Shown in pieces: positions 26,079-41,450 of a stretch of DNA of 64,000 nucleotides. The DNA comes from Trichinella spiralis (Eukaryota). How positions within the stretch are numbered: the stretch's first letter is position 1; each line of letters opens with the position of its first letter. The notes under the pieces were generated by a model. The model was not told where the DNA came from. It worked only from the letters and a program-made list of their open reading frames with translations, and searched no databases. Location: the NCBI RefSeq assembly GCF_000181795.1, contig NW_003526941.1, positions 811,396-875,395 on the forward strand, given 5' to 3'. A program made the translations under genes and the position numbers.

Positions 26079-29000
26079 TCACGCGTGCCCTGCTAATTGA
26101 ACACACGCCTCGATTATGTGCTTGGCGGAAATTCCAAACATGTCCATCAGTGAGTCTGGAGGTCCAGAACGAGGCAGTGCATTCACAGCCAAGCTTTTCA
26201 ATTGAATATCCGAATATTCAGCCAATGCTGAAGCTACTGCATCACCAATTCCACCTGAAGAAATAAGATTTTGTTCAAAGAAATCAAAACTAATGAATGC
26301 GAAACAAACAAACCTTCCGGATAATGATCTTCTACAGTAAGCACTTTTCCACCGACACGTTTCGCTTGTTCAGCCAACGTGCGCTTGTCTATCGGTTTCA
26401 CAGTGAATAAGTCACAAATGCAGACGTGCAGGCCTTTTTCCTTGGCTAACACATCCGCCGCAGTGAACGCTTCGAACAGCGTAACACCAGCAGTGACGAT
26501 CATCAAACGATCCTTGTCAGAATGACGAACAATCTGAAATTGAAAATTTAAATAAACAGAGAACCACACCCTGCCGCCCCTCCCCAAGAAAAGACAATCA
26601 TTTTCAATAAAAACCTTCGCTTGTCCAATTGAAAATTGCTCCTCATTTGAATAAATGACCGGTGTGTTCGGCCGGCCGGTACGTATGAAACAAATGCCGT
26701 TCACTCGGGCGGCTAATTCGACAGCACGTTCACAGCTGACAGCATCCGACGGATAAAACACCGTCGAACCAGGTAGCGTACGAAACATGGCAATATCTTC
26801 CAAGCCCATCTGACTGGGACCATCCTCACCTGGACACGGTAGGGAATACATTTGCATAATCGATCGACTACAAAACAAACTTACCAATCGACACGCCTGC
26901 ATGCGATCCGCAGCACTTGACGTTGGCACCAGAAATGGCGCCCATCCGAAGCTGATCAAATGCTCTTGTAAAAAACGTAGCAAAGGTGCTACAAAAAGGC
27001 AACGTTCTGCTTCTCGTGCTGCAGCCAACTGCTACACCTACCTGAAAATGTTTTGCATTGTGCAAGCAATTTTTGAAAAATTTTCAAAAGCGAACAAACA
27101 AAAAACAAATACCATATTTTGTTCCGATATGAAACATTCGATAAATCGATCTGGAAAAGCGTTTTTGAATTTATCAGCAAAAGTTGAATTCTTGACGTCA
27201 CCATCCAAAGCAATTACACGATCACAAGACTTGCCCAACTTGACCAAAGCTGTTCCGTACGCAAGTCGTGTAGCCACCTGAAAAAATCAAATTTCAAAGC
27301 ATCAAAAATTTACTATAATCACAGTTCAATTTAATCGACTATATAACACGATTCACTACTCTATATCAAGTTGAATCAATTATACTTTCACAATTGTAAT
27401 ATTACTTTATGCATTGGAAAATAAACACATTTTTAAATAGTGTATTGTAGAAACGATAAGATACTTTTCATGAATTGACAAAGCACCCCAGTACTGACTA
27501 CAGTAATTGCTATTCCAACTGACCATGGCGAATTTGTCATAAATGAAATCAACACTTTTCGCCAGCAGAGAGGTCAGGTGGTAATGAAAAATATTCATCA
27601 CGATTCAAAATAATTTTAAAAAGAAAAAAAAATTTTATTTTACTTTTTCGCCGATCTTGTAATTTGGCGGCTCAGATAATTTAACATTGCTAAAGTCGTT
27701 CGCTTTGAGCGGCTTGCTTGGATCAATTCTTGGAAGATTTATGGAAAGCTTGTGGCGGTCTAAATTTTTTATTCTACTATTGATCGCCTCCAATGCAGCA
27801 GCTGCCTCCTTTCCAAGTGCTTTCCCATGCCAGTTCTCTTGATCTTCCACTTTCGGAATGCCGAAACCTTTGAACGTCTTGGCAACTATCGCCGTTGGTT
27901 TGTGCTTCACTCCGGCTGCAGAAGAAAAAGATCGACAAAGAGCTTCTACGTCATGCCCATCCACACATTCCACATTCCAACTGCGATACAAATTCAATTG
28001 AAATTAATAAAAGAAGAAACAACAATCAAGCATTTTTTTAATGCAAAACCAATAATCTCTTGTCATCTCACCCGAATGCTTCAAATCTTTGCTGGTAGAC
28101 ATCAATGCGGTGACCCAAAGAAGCAGGCTGGCTTTGACCAAGTCGATTTATGTCAAAAATAGCAACCAAATTGTCCAATTCATACATTCCGGCAAAATGC
28201 AACGCTTCCCACACACTTCCTTCGGCACTTTCACCGTCGCCAAGCACACAGTAGACACGAGAATCAATCTTGTCCATAAATTTCATCACGTAAGCCATGC
28301 CGGCAGCACAGCTCAAACCTTGACCAAGCGATCCAGTAGCCACATCGACAAAACTCAATCTCTTCAACGAAACAAATTAATTAAACAATTTAAAAAATTG
28401 TAAAATCAAATTATTTACAGGTGTCGGATGTCCTTCTAGATCGCTATCAATTTTTCTCAAATTTAACAATTCACTTTCAGGAATTAAGCCAGCTTCCACC
28501 CAACAGGCGTACAGTATCGGGCCAGCATGTCCCTAAACACAACTCAATGTATGCGGTGAAATATGACAAACTGTCCAACCTTGGACAAAATAAAACGGTC
28601 GTTGTATGGATCTCGTGGATTTTTCGGATCATATTTCATCGTGTGAAAAAACAATACTGACATAATCTCAGCCATGCTACAACAACTGGTCGGATGTCTA
28701 AAAAATGAGCGAATATTGACGAGTGATTTTCAATTTCCATCGTCAACTTGATTTGCACATTCAAACCAAATAGAAGAACATCAATCAAAACGGCGCTTCT
28801 ACATTTCGAAAATTGCAACTTTTTTGAAAATCAAAAATATACAGTAAGAAAAATGGAGGCAAAAATGACGAACCTTCTTGTCACAAATGTACAACAACAA
28901 AATTCGTTTTACTTTTACACGACTGTTTAAAATTAATCAATAATTTATGTGACATGCCAAAACATTTAGCCAGTACACGTAGTTTCACTTGTAAAAAATA

Positions 29001-29902
29001 GTATACTGATAAATACTGAATCACATTTGCGATTGTCATTTCAAATTTCACTGTTTACTACTTATACGTTAAAATTGAAAAAAAGCAGAATGTAATTTTC
29101 ATTCTTCAAAATGCAAAAAAATTTAAACAAACAGTAAACATTATAATAAGCTGTGTTTGGAAAAACTTGAAATAATTTCCATAAAGCACACGGTGAACAA
29201 CTTATTTGCTGTCATTATTACTGGCTAATTCTATACATCAGAATTACGGGGACGTTCGGAAAAAGACAGACAGTTCTAGTTATTCCAATCATTCTTAGCA
29301 ATTTCAATTAGGTCAAATAAATCTCAGTAGGTGTATATTAAACAATTTAAAGCTAGTTTTAAATAACATTTGAAAAATATTTCATTATAAATCAAAAGCT
29401 GAAGCATCATTCTGACATAATTGGAAATAAGTGAAATTCATCAGTGCTAAAAGCTACGAAAGCAATTCAATTATATCAGTCAATTTTCCATCCAATTTAA
29501 AATGAAATGACAGACAAAATAGAGAAGATCGTGCAAACATTTCAACTTGGAAAAATGTCCTGCTCTATGATTATATTCATATTAAATTCAAAAATTGATT
29601 TAAAAAATGAAAAATAACAACAATTATAACAGTTACTTGGTCATATTTAAATTCTATTTTTATATCACTAATTAATGCAGCTATATGAAAACCAAGAAAA
29701 AAACAATTAAACAAAAGAACATCAAAATCAACCGCAATATTACATATTTGTGCATAATCTACTTTTTTTACATGTTCGTTTCAAAAAATAATGCTTACCC
29801 TGAGTTGGATGCATTAGTAGCACGAATACTGTGAATGCGAAGCTTGTGGGCAATATCTTTCAACTCTTGAATAGTATGCAAATCTGGAAGAGCGCTAGGC
29901 AT
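26079..29902 (-). CDS. TKT: Transketolase, multi-exon
   Basis: [45 protein letters not shown] motif [25 protein letters not shown] and VEDHY; TGA at 26079-26081. Confidence 0.97.
27438..27583 (-). ncRNA. Candidate intronic box H/ACA snoRNA in TKT intron 27278-27643
   Basis: On the minus strand: hairpin 1 (CUGACC/GGUCAG, UGGCGAA/UUCGCCA), H box AUAGCA (27513-27508), hairpin 2 (UGUAG/CUACA, GGGGUGCUUU/AAAGUAUCUU) with an internal pocket 14 nt from an ACA box (27443-27441). Confidence 0.7.
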
Positions 29903-30360
29903 TCTGGCTGTCGACCAACACTGACGGGAATGAACGAACAAAATACAGTACAATGCAACGTACAGTAACGAAATGTCAAGCCCAAATTTAATCAGGTCAC
30001 CAATGAGTACAGTATTGAACATTTGTAAAATTTAGGAATTAAAAAAATCAATAAAATTTTGAATAAATAAATCAAATGTACATGTGCACGTTTATTCGGA
30101 TGATTTAAAAAAATAAAAATGCTCAAAAAATGTTTTTTACTAAATTAAAAATTGCTTTGATAAAATTTCAAAATATTCATCATTTATTAATTTTTGCTTC
30201 CTTTTTTGTGTTTCAAAAAGTTTTAAAACGTACTTTGTCATGTTTCATATTAAGTTTGCTAACTAAGAGAGAGATAGAACATTTTGTTTCACTTTATTCA
30301 TCATATCACTGACGACAAAAATTACAATTGAACGCACCTCCAATGTGCACAAGTGATCTA

Positions 30361-32521
30361 TTATTTTTTTTTCACAGACGGTCGAGAGTACCTGTTTTTC
30401 ATATAAGAAATCCACTGTCTTACAGATATCTTGTATTTATCTAAAGAAAACTTAGCTGCAAGTAGTTTACCAGTTTGGCTCTTTAAGCTGCACTTCAACA
30501 TGGCGTCCATGATCGGTAGACGTTCTTCGACATCACAATTCTCCCAAACGCATTCTAGAACTCGAGAACCAAAACGACCGTTCGCCAATTTGAACGTAAT
30601 CGGCTAATCAGAAAAAATGAAAGACATGCAAATTCAAAAAATAACAATAACAATAACAAAAAATGCCACACCAAAATCTTGTTGACAACAGCTCTGCGCT
30701 GATCCAGCGTTTCTGCTGCTTTTACCAGTGCTTCAACTGCGTAGCTACCCAAAGAAGAGGAAGAAATTTGAAGAAAATCTTCATATGGCAAATTTAACAT
30801 TTGTTCGAAAAAGAATTCCTTTGCTGAGAATGTGGCCAACGTTTGCGTTAAAACGCTGCCGAAATATTTTATTTTTTTCTGCAAATGCGTAAAGGAGCGA
30901 AAGATAAAACTACAAGTTTTGAAAGTTTTCGATTTAAGCATACCAAAAAAACTTTGTCTTGTACATAACACTGCATGGATAGCAAACAACGAAGAAAATG
31001 AGCCTCACAAATTTTCGGATCTCGACAGTTCAGCACCGTTTTAATTTTCTAGAACAATTTAAAATATTTCTCAGTGAATTAAAAAAAATAATTAAAATAA
31101 TCATAACAAATCAGTTTTTAATTGTCATCTTACTTCGACAAGAATGGTTTCCAGCTGTGGCTTTTCTCTAACAAAAATGCACAATGAATGCACCACACCG
31201 TACAATCGGGCTTTCCAAATTTCATCAAAGCATTGTAAAACTTCTTCGTATAATTCTTTCGCCTGAACATACTGTTTAAAATTTTACTTGCAAAATTACA
31301 AAAAATTTTTACCAAAACAGAATCATCCACTTTTCTGATCATCTGCTGCAATGGATAATTGGCATACTGGTCAGAAATTAACCTCGCAACACTACCACGG
31401 AAACAATTTTCGTACAATTTTAAAACATTCTCAATGGAAGAAAATCTGATATATTGGTCCCAAACACGACTTGCTTGCTTGTTAGTTAACATTGAGTGAA
31501 CCGTCCTGAATTGAAATAAAGTAACCAAATAATTCAAAATATGCATTCATACTTTTTGTTTTCTTCCAAAATCGATGGCAACAAGCCATTAACAAAGGTA
31601 CAATTAAAACTGGAATCAAAAGCAATAAAATCTTGAACTAACAATGAAAACGGTTCTCGATTTGCAAATTCTAAAGCAACAATCGAATTACGATGCGTAC
31701 AAGTGACAAATTTAAAATACCTCGTATGGATTTCCAATTCAGAACTCGACCAGCGAGATTGTTGTAGACTGAAATAAATTCGGCCTGATTCAAAAAATTA
31801 GCTTCAAAACGCTTCGGTTCATTCTCATTTTTGGCAGAAAAAATTGGCGTTGCACCATTATGAGCACATTTTTCAACTCCACTGATGGCACTTCCGAGCC
31901 TTCTCAACAGATGACTACCGCCGTGCTGCACTGACAGTGAATCAACGTTTTCTAAGGCAATTTCGGATAATTTAAGCAAAACTGACGCTTTCCGCGGCCC
32001 TTCTGATTCATTCAAAGCAACAGCAAGCAATTTTTCCAACGCGCCACCATAACTGGTCATCAATGTTAGAATAACTTTCTTTCTAATTTTCACAATTTTC
32101 CATAGTAGTTCCATAGCAATGGAAGCATTGTTACCAATAATAATAAGCAAATTGTTAAAACAATCTTTTTCTCGAAGTACAGAAATCTCATGACCGTGGC
32201 ATTCGCTCAATAAGTTTTTAAACAGTATACCTGGAATTGAAAAAAAGAAATAATAATAACTTCATCAAGCTAATACAGTGAAAAATACGCACTTTTCTCT
32301 TCTTCAGACATGTTCGCTTCATCGGATTGAACTGTTCGGGAAAGCTGTTCTATATAATGTTTCAATTCTTCAAATTTACCAGAATATTGATTTGAGCTAG
32401 GAGATTTTTTCGATTCTTCCACTGCAGGATGGGTAAAATAGCGTCCAGTAAAATTTTGTCGTCTACGAGCATGTGTGGAAAAAATTTCATTTCCTTCATT
32501 GTTAAATTTTATAAATTGCAT
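30361..32521 (-). CDS. NOP9: Nucleolar protein 9 (Pumilio-repeat), multi-exon
   Basis: PUF-like repeats HGGSHLL, QASRVWD, QYANYPLQ, SLGSYAVE and RFGSRVLE; basic C-terminus. Confidence 0.8.
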
Positions 32522-33075
32522 TTTCAACTTTTCCCAACCAACCTGCCAACCGATGTTTCCAACTTAAACGATGCGTCTATTACCGTACCATTTAATACCG
32601 CTTAAGTACAAATCTTTTTTTTGATAGATATTTTTGAAAACAGAAAAACTATTAATATTCAAAATATTTCAGATTTATTCAAAAAATTAAATTTTACATA
32701 ATGAAAGCAATTTAAAGAATATCTTTAATTATATAGTTTACTGTAATCATTCATAGTGATTCAGAAAAATGATATAAGAAATAATTATACAAGTAGTATA
32801 TGCATCAGTTAGATATTTTTTAATATTTTATTTCAATTGACACCTTATTATTACCATAATAAAGTCATGTTACTTTGTTGATATTTTAAAACATCTAACG
32901 TTGCGCATGTTACGTTTGCATCATAGAAAAACCTTCACTGAAAGCAATAAATAATGAGAGAGCAAATGATGGCGAGCACAACTTATGACCGGTTTTGCTA
33001 CTTATGTCAAAATATAAAATTTATTTTAAGAATTCAAATTATATTAGTTGATATTCTTTATTGTTCACATCTTCA

Positions 33076-35138
33076 ATGATACGTTGCTTCATCTTGCGAC
33101 AAGTTTATCTTCTTTTTTCAAAATCTTCAAACTGCAGAACAGCAGAATTTTTGCAATCGAAGAATTTTTTCTCAGGTTCGGATGGAATGCGCAATGTCAA
33201 GAATGAATCGAATTTATGGGACATTTATAGTAAAGTGAAAATGAAAGCTTTAAAATATCCACTGCCACCACCAATTGACAACAGGATGGTGTTCGTAAAC
33301 AATGAATTAGACTTGTCTGAAATTGACGTTTATGGATTCGATTATGATTACACGTTAGCAATTTATCGCAAATCGTTGAACTCTGCAATATATGAAATGG
33401 CGTTGAAAAGAATGGTTTCGGGATTTAAGGTACTTCAATTGCTCATCGGTAAAAAATAATGCACTTGACGCTATTTTTATTTTGTGGTACCCTCGTGAAT
33501 TGGAAAATATGGCATATGATCCTGACTTCTTTGTCAGGGGATTGCATTTCGATTTGTCTACTAATATTCTATTGAAGATGGATGCATTTTGTAACATCCA
33601 AAAAGGCACTGCCCACAGGTATTTTTTCCAATGATGAGTGCTATTTGCAGTTTCCTCACGAAATTCACTTAGAGGCAAAAAAATCCTTTCCGAAGATGAT
33701 GTCAACAATATATACAATGGACATCACATTCCACAACATTATTTGAAGTGCAACTCTTTGGTCAGTTAATGTTTTCCTGTAGCTTTTTAATTTCAGAATA
33801 TTTTGTTTTTTTTATCATAGGAAAACAAAAGAATGGGACAGTTGTTGGATCTTTTCAGCTTACCTGAAATTGGTTTATTATCGAATGTGGTTGAATATTT
33901 TGAAAATAATTCCATACCGTACAATTCGTTATCAATTCTTCACGACGTAAGAAGTGCAACCGGCCAAATTCATTCTACAGGTGAAATGCATCAAGCTATT
34001 CTTAAAAATACAGGTAACTTTTTAAAAAAAATAATTATCTCATTTATTATTTATTTTAAATTTTGTATTTCAGATAAATTTATTAAACGATTACCAGGAT
34101 TACGTCAATTCTTTGAAAGACTGATGAGTCATAAAAAATATGTTTTTCTTATCTCCAACAGCCCTTATTATTTCATGTAAAAATATATGTATATTATTTA
34201 ATTTTTAATTTCCAATTTATTTTCAGTGATTCTGGAATGCGATATTTATTGGGAGATGATTGGCAAAAATTATTCAACTGTATCATAGTTCAAGCAAAAA
34301 AGCCAAATTTCTTTAGAAACACATTCAGGTAAATGCTAATTTTTAATATTAATGACTTTGCAATTTTGTAATGAGCTAAATTATACAGTATGGTGGAATT
34401 TTAGACAATTTCGTGTCTACTGGCCTGATACAGGTAAGTTGGCGTGGGAGAAGGTTACCAAAATTGATCGTGGAATTATTTATGCAGGAGTATGTTGATG
34501 CAAAGAGTAAATATTCGAATGAATTGATATTTTTACTTTTAAGGGAAATCTGGAAGACTTTTTACAACTTAGTGGCATAGGCAACAAAGGTGTTTTGTAC
34601 TTTGGCGATCATGTATCTTACGATCTCGCAGTATGTCTCTCTGTGTGTGTGTTAGTCGAATTTTGTCATTAGATTGAAAAAAACCAATGTCTCCAAGGAA
34701 CCTACAAGACGTGTCGGATGGAGAATTGCGGCAATTGTTCCAGAATTGACGAAAGAAATTCGAATTCAAAATTCGGAAGAGTATCGTCGAAAACTACTCT
34801 GGCTGCAAGTGTTGACGTCGTTGATTGATGAACAATGTTCAGAAGAAGCGGAGAAAAGCGTCCAGATGAGGGAAATTTTGCGCAACTGGTGCGCCGAACG
34901 ACAACGTGCGCGTGATGAGTTGGAAATTTTTCTGAATCCCCACTTCGGTTCCATATTTCGCTGCTACCACAACCCTTCCTATTTTCTGATGCGCTTGTTG
35001 CGTGTTACCGACGTCTACATGGCCAAAGTTACCAATCTTTTGCAATACAACATCGAACATACGTTTTTCGCCAGTCGATGGCCACTGCCACACGAAGCGG
35101 ACCTGTGCCATCCTGCTCACTTTTTGAAACATCTATAA
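33076..35138 (+). CDS. NT5DC3: 5'-nucleotidase domain-containing HAD hydrolase (NT5DC2/3-like), multi-exon
   Basis: YGFDYDYTLAIY, DLFSLPE, FLISNSPY, AKKPNFF, LYFGDH, GWRIAAIVPEL, NPHFGSIFR and PLPHE. Confidence 0.92.
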
Positions 35139-36237
35139 TTCATATTTATTATGTGCACATTTTTGCTTTTGTAAAATCCCTCGTTGTTTTTAATAATGAA
35201 GTAAATTTAATTTTCCTGTCTTTTCCTTCAATTTTGAACATTAATGTAAAATCAAATGTTTTTCTGAATCGATTTTTACTGTTTTTTAATGATTTTCAGG
35301 TTTTACTTTTGTTAGGATGAGCGGGAAATGTTGGCTGTGTTCTGTAGAGTTTTTTACTACAGTAATTGTTGATGAATATGTTGTTTGAAATGTTTGTCAT
35401 TCAAAATTTTTAACAAGAACCATATACAATAAAGTACAACCAGTCGGCTCTGGATCCTCAACTTTAATAGACTGTAATTGACTTGTCAACACTCAACATT
35501 TTGTCAACAATCACACAACAACGTTTGTCATTGTGTAATAATAACAGAATATAAGACTGTCAGAAATCCAAGTATACACAGAATAGATTACATTGCTGGG
35601 TATTTTGAAACAGTAATGGTGGCAGAGGAAAGGAATAACGTCAATAACAGTGTAAAAACCAGAACGCGTCAACAATAACAAAAATCGGATCAGTGTGGTT
35701 GGCGCCGAATAGATTTGAATCAAAAGAGGAAATTAATTTGTAAATTCTACCATTTACTCGAACAGAAAAACGAATAAACTAGCTGGTGAAAGGGAAATTT
35801 TTGAAATAATTCACCAGTTTGTATGTAAATTTGTTCAGCGGCGTGGTTCGCCAGTGCCGACAGATGGCAGCACCGACTGGCGCGTCGTCCAATCGCCGGC
35901 CGCCCACGTCAGTTTTCGCAGTATACGCGGCCGGACCCTGCGCGTTAGTCGTTGCTCTTGCCGGCGTGTGAATGAGTTTGTGTCGTTCCATTTTTCAAAA
36001 ACTGAAGCCAATCATCACCACCAACCGCCCAATTTGCTCGTCACATTTTACAAATTTACTCGGCAAAGGTTGGTCACACCTGTGCATGTCAGATGAATAA
36101 TTTGCTGATCGTGGATGCGTGGTTGGTTTTTGTCGAAACGTCATTTGGTTTTTTTTGTGAAATTTAATTTTTCAGCCGACGCCAGGTTGGGGTGTGGCTA
36201 TGACCACTTGCTGGTCGAATATCATCACAACAGTAGG

Positions 36238-39200
36238 ATGGAACAACGATGCCTGCAGTCGGTTGGTTCTGGTCGACGGTCGTTGGTCATTTCGTCGTTG
36301 TTGGTCACTTTGATATCAAACTTGTTCAGTCGTCGTTGTCAGGCGATTCAACTGCCTGATATTTACTGGAACAGCAGCAATCCGATGTAAGTTTCCATTC
36401 GGCAATTTTTTTTGTTCAAAATTTTCAATTTTTCCCGCATCTTTTGGCGTTGTTTTGTTTTCTTTATTTTTGGATTTTCAAAAATTCGGTTCAACGACCG
36501 AAAAATGTTTCAAATTGTCAAAGATAATATCTGATGATTGTCAACTGCGCGTCTTTCTTCGTCTTTGATTTCGATCTTATCAACAAAACTGTCACCATTG
36601 TACGGCCTTTGCCGGCGTGTTGGTTTTGCAAAAGTTCGTTGTAGATGGAATCGATTCGGTTCATTTCCATCAAAATTGCCACCCCGCCTCCCCCATATTT
36701 TGCATCTCGTCTCATCCAAATCAGCAAACGGTGTCGATAGAGACGTTGTGGACAGATTTGCATTTTTCCAGAGGGGGGGGGAGAATATTTTCACTTCGTC
36801 AGTGATTTCAAATTTTCCTGAATGAATTGATTCTTGTAAAGTAGCACCGCGTGAAATTGAATTTGGGCTTTTGGTTTCAAATCGATCCCTTCAACACCGT
36901 TTGGCCATTTTTCCATACACCATTTTGAAAATACTGAAACAATTATAACTTGCGGTGTACAGTTACAACAAACATTAACAAATTCCAATATTTCATATGT
37001 TCAGTCAAATTGCCCGACGTTCCACTGAGGCTGTATGATGACAATTTTACTTGATTTGATACGTTGAACAAGAAATAATAATTGAAATAGCAAATTGGGT
37101 TTGTTTGTTTTAAGCGTTTCAAGTTTAGCAAGTTGTACATATTATATGTAGATGTTAGTGCTAGTAGGTGACCAGGTAGGTAGTAGGTAGTAGCTTAGTT
37201 TAGCCAGGATGTGTGTTGAAGATGTTCTTCAATGGAAAATCTTCAATTAGTTTGACATTGACATTGAACAGGTGCCGGCTGTTCTTGGCAGACGTCTGAC
37301 TACTTGGCAAACGCTTGTTTCGACATGTCAGCGTTGCGTACGATGGAAAGAAGCCGGCTGATGTTTCGAAAATTTACATCATTCATGATCGGATATATTT
37401 TCAGTGGCTGTCACCGATATTCCGTTTAAAAAAGACAAACAAAACAATTATCAATTAATATTAATCATTCATATATTATAAATATGAATTTTCCAGTTTT
37501 ATCGTACATAAATTTATTCATCCATTTATATGCGTGGTTTCTTCTTATTAATATTTGAAAATTGACATTTAGCTTCAGAGAATGAATGATAAGCTTGTTT
37601 TGATTAATTGATAATGTGACAAAGACCAAATAGCTAACAAGCGCTTGGAAGAAAATGAAATTCTTATCAATAGATAGATAAATGCACAATATGAGAGAAA
37701 AGTCATCATCGATTATTATAATATTTCATAACAATGATAACATAATATTTTGCAACCATAATATGATTTTATATTATTATTGTTTGCATTATTCGAATTA
37801 GCATCGATCGGTTATTTATTTATTTCTTTATTTACTATTCACAGTTGTACTTTTGTTTTTCATAGTCAAAAATGAATATATTTTTGAAAAAAATGTTTCA
37901 GATTTCAAGTCGGAACACAACAACCGGTGCTGAAGGTACGCATTGGTGATCGGTTGAACATCGTTTGTCCATATTACCCATCGCCGACAGTACACGCAGA
38001 TAAATTTGAATATATGGAAATTTACGGGGTAAGAACGAGTGAATTGTCAATTTTACAGTAAGCAAATAGGAAAATTGCGATTGAATTCTGTGTTGGAATG
38101 GTGGAGAAGATTGGTTTTTCCCATTCAGCCGAGCCAGCATTTTTGACTAGTTGAAAAAGTTTTGCATGCAACGTGTTCGATTGTTTTGTCAATCCGGATT
38201 GAGATTTAGTAATTAATGTAAAAATTCCTTGCTTTTGTGTGCTTCATTGGTTGGGGGGAAAAGGGGGGGGGGTTGCATTTTTCAAATGTTCCTATCCTCT
38301 GCTTCTAGTCGAGTTGGTCGGCAAAACAATTTGTCCAATTTCCAAGACTGAATTTGAATTTGTTACTGCTCAGTTTGTGATGGAAATCAACCAGTTGCAG
38401 CCGCTGGTTGATAAATTGGATTTGCCGTCGTCGGTGACAACAGTGCTATCATAAGCTTGATGATAAGCTAGCTAGCTAGCTAGCCGGCTAGTCGTAGCTT
38501 TTTCTGCCTCTTTATTTCTTCTTCTTCTCGTCTTCCAATCAGCCGGCAACGAATTCTAGCTGGTTCGTCATCAATCAGCTTAGCCTGGCAGAGGGGTGGT
38601 TCGATTTTCAGGCTGCGAAATGAGGCGAAATCGCCGTCACTCTTCCGGTCCATCGGTTGCCGCATCTTCCACAAATCGACCCACCTCCATCTAGTGCTTG
38701 ATTGCCGACTGCCAATTTGTCACTGATCGCCAATTTTTATCGGACCCCACCGAGGAAACGAACCGTCGATCTGATTACGCGATTAGGAAGGACATTTGAT
38801 TGCAATGACCCTCTGAGGATAGATAAAATCTTCTCCCTGGGGATCAATTTTTCCCCCCTCCCCTACTATTATATCTTTTTCTCCTCTTCTTCTTCCAGGT
38901 GACAAGAAAAAGTTATGAAGAATGCACGCTGAATGATCGTGCTACAATTGTTGGTGTTTGCAACACGCCCACCGTACCCACTGTATTGACCATGGTTATA
39001 AGAGAATTCACTCCCAATCCGTCAGGATTGGAATTCAAGCCCGGACGAAAGTACTACTTCATATGTATGTAAATATTCGGATAGTGGATTGCAAATTCAC
39101 ACGATTTACGCATTTCTGTCTTCGTAGCAACGTCCACCGGCAGTCGGGCAGGCCTGGCTAATCGTAACGGTGGTCTTTGTTCGAAAAACAAGATGAAGAT

Positions 39201-39718
39201 GATGTTCGACGTCCGCAGATCGGGTAAACTATTGATTCCGATCGTTGAGACTACAAGATAATTATTGTTCTTTCTTTCATCCAAGATGCTCGAACGAAAA
39301 TCAAAACCGACGAATATTTCTTCATCACTTACCATACACCCGGCATGGTTGGAGAAGACTATCAAGAAGATGCGGAAGAACACTTGTTGGTGAATGAAAA
39401 AGAAGAAGAAGATATCGAAGAACCAATAGTGGAAGAAAATGTCGATTGGGCAATCGAACCAGAAACTACCACTCCACTTTTATACATTATTCACACCAGG
39501 CCGTATGATGAAATTTCCGCTTCTTGGTATAACAGAGACAAATTCGGTAAAATGTTTTGCATGGACGACGAAAATGTTCGTTAACAATTAATTCAATGTT
39601 CTTCTTCTTTTCAGCCAATTCTCATCTCCAATACATTGACACGTCGAGCAATAACAAAGCTAGCCTTACTGTACAGATGCTTACTCTTGCAATCTTATTG
39701 CTCTTTCACTACCGGTAA
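36238..39718 (+). CDS. EFN: Ephrin, likely GPI-anchored, multi-exon
   Basis: Signal peptide, IYWNSSNP, GDRLNIVCPYY, REFTPNPSGLEFKPGRKYYFI, GGLCSKNKMK; acidic linker and short hydrophobic C-terminus MLTLAILLLFHYR*. Confidence 0.92.
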
Positions 39719-40335
39719 TGATATTTCTTGAAATGAATGAATCAGTAAAAGAAAAAACAAATTACTCCATTCTGGTTGCATTGTTTAATAAATTGTGCAT
39801 AATTAAATGATAAAAAGATAGATAGCATTTGAATGAACCACAAAACAGCCATCTGAAAATAAAAGGAATGATAAAACGAGGACATAAATCAAGCGTTCAT
39901 TCTACATTTAAAAAAAAAGTATGCTCTTTCTTCAACGACTGAAACTGTCTGGAAAATTGCAGCAAAGAAAAAAATGTCTTGAAGAGCGAATGCACGACCC
40001 GATTATTATCTATTATCATCAAGCAACCATTGTGTTGTTCAACTTAAGCGATTTATAAGACGCAACCGAATTTTATGATAAAAATGTGTAATTACATACA
40101 TATAAGCTTATTACATATACATATATATATATATATTGTAAAAGTAATCATAATCATCGGACAGCAGCATTTCAAATCAAGTGCATGGTGATAGAATAAT
40201 AAAAAGTAAAGTGTATACCGATGAACAAGTGAGGATAGATATGAACTGGTGTTGAAATTTTCATTCCAGGAATGCAATCATGATGATAAAAGAATGCTGG
40301 TGATATTTGCATATAATTGTCGATTATGGAGCATT

Positions 40336-41450
<1,115 letters not shown>

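Noticed and set aside
38577..38616. tRNA-like A-box and GGTTCGA sequence in an ephrin intron
   Set aside because: No anticodon arm or acceptor stem; too short for a tRNA.
13014..39718. PIG-L and a GPI-anchored ephrin as a functional cluster
   Set aside because: They are 22 kb apart with unrelated genes between; most likely coincidence.
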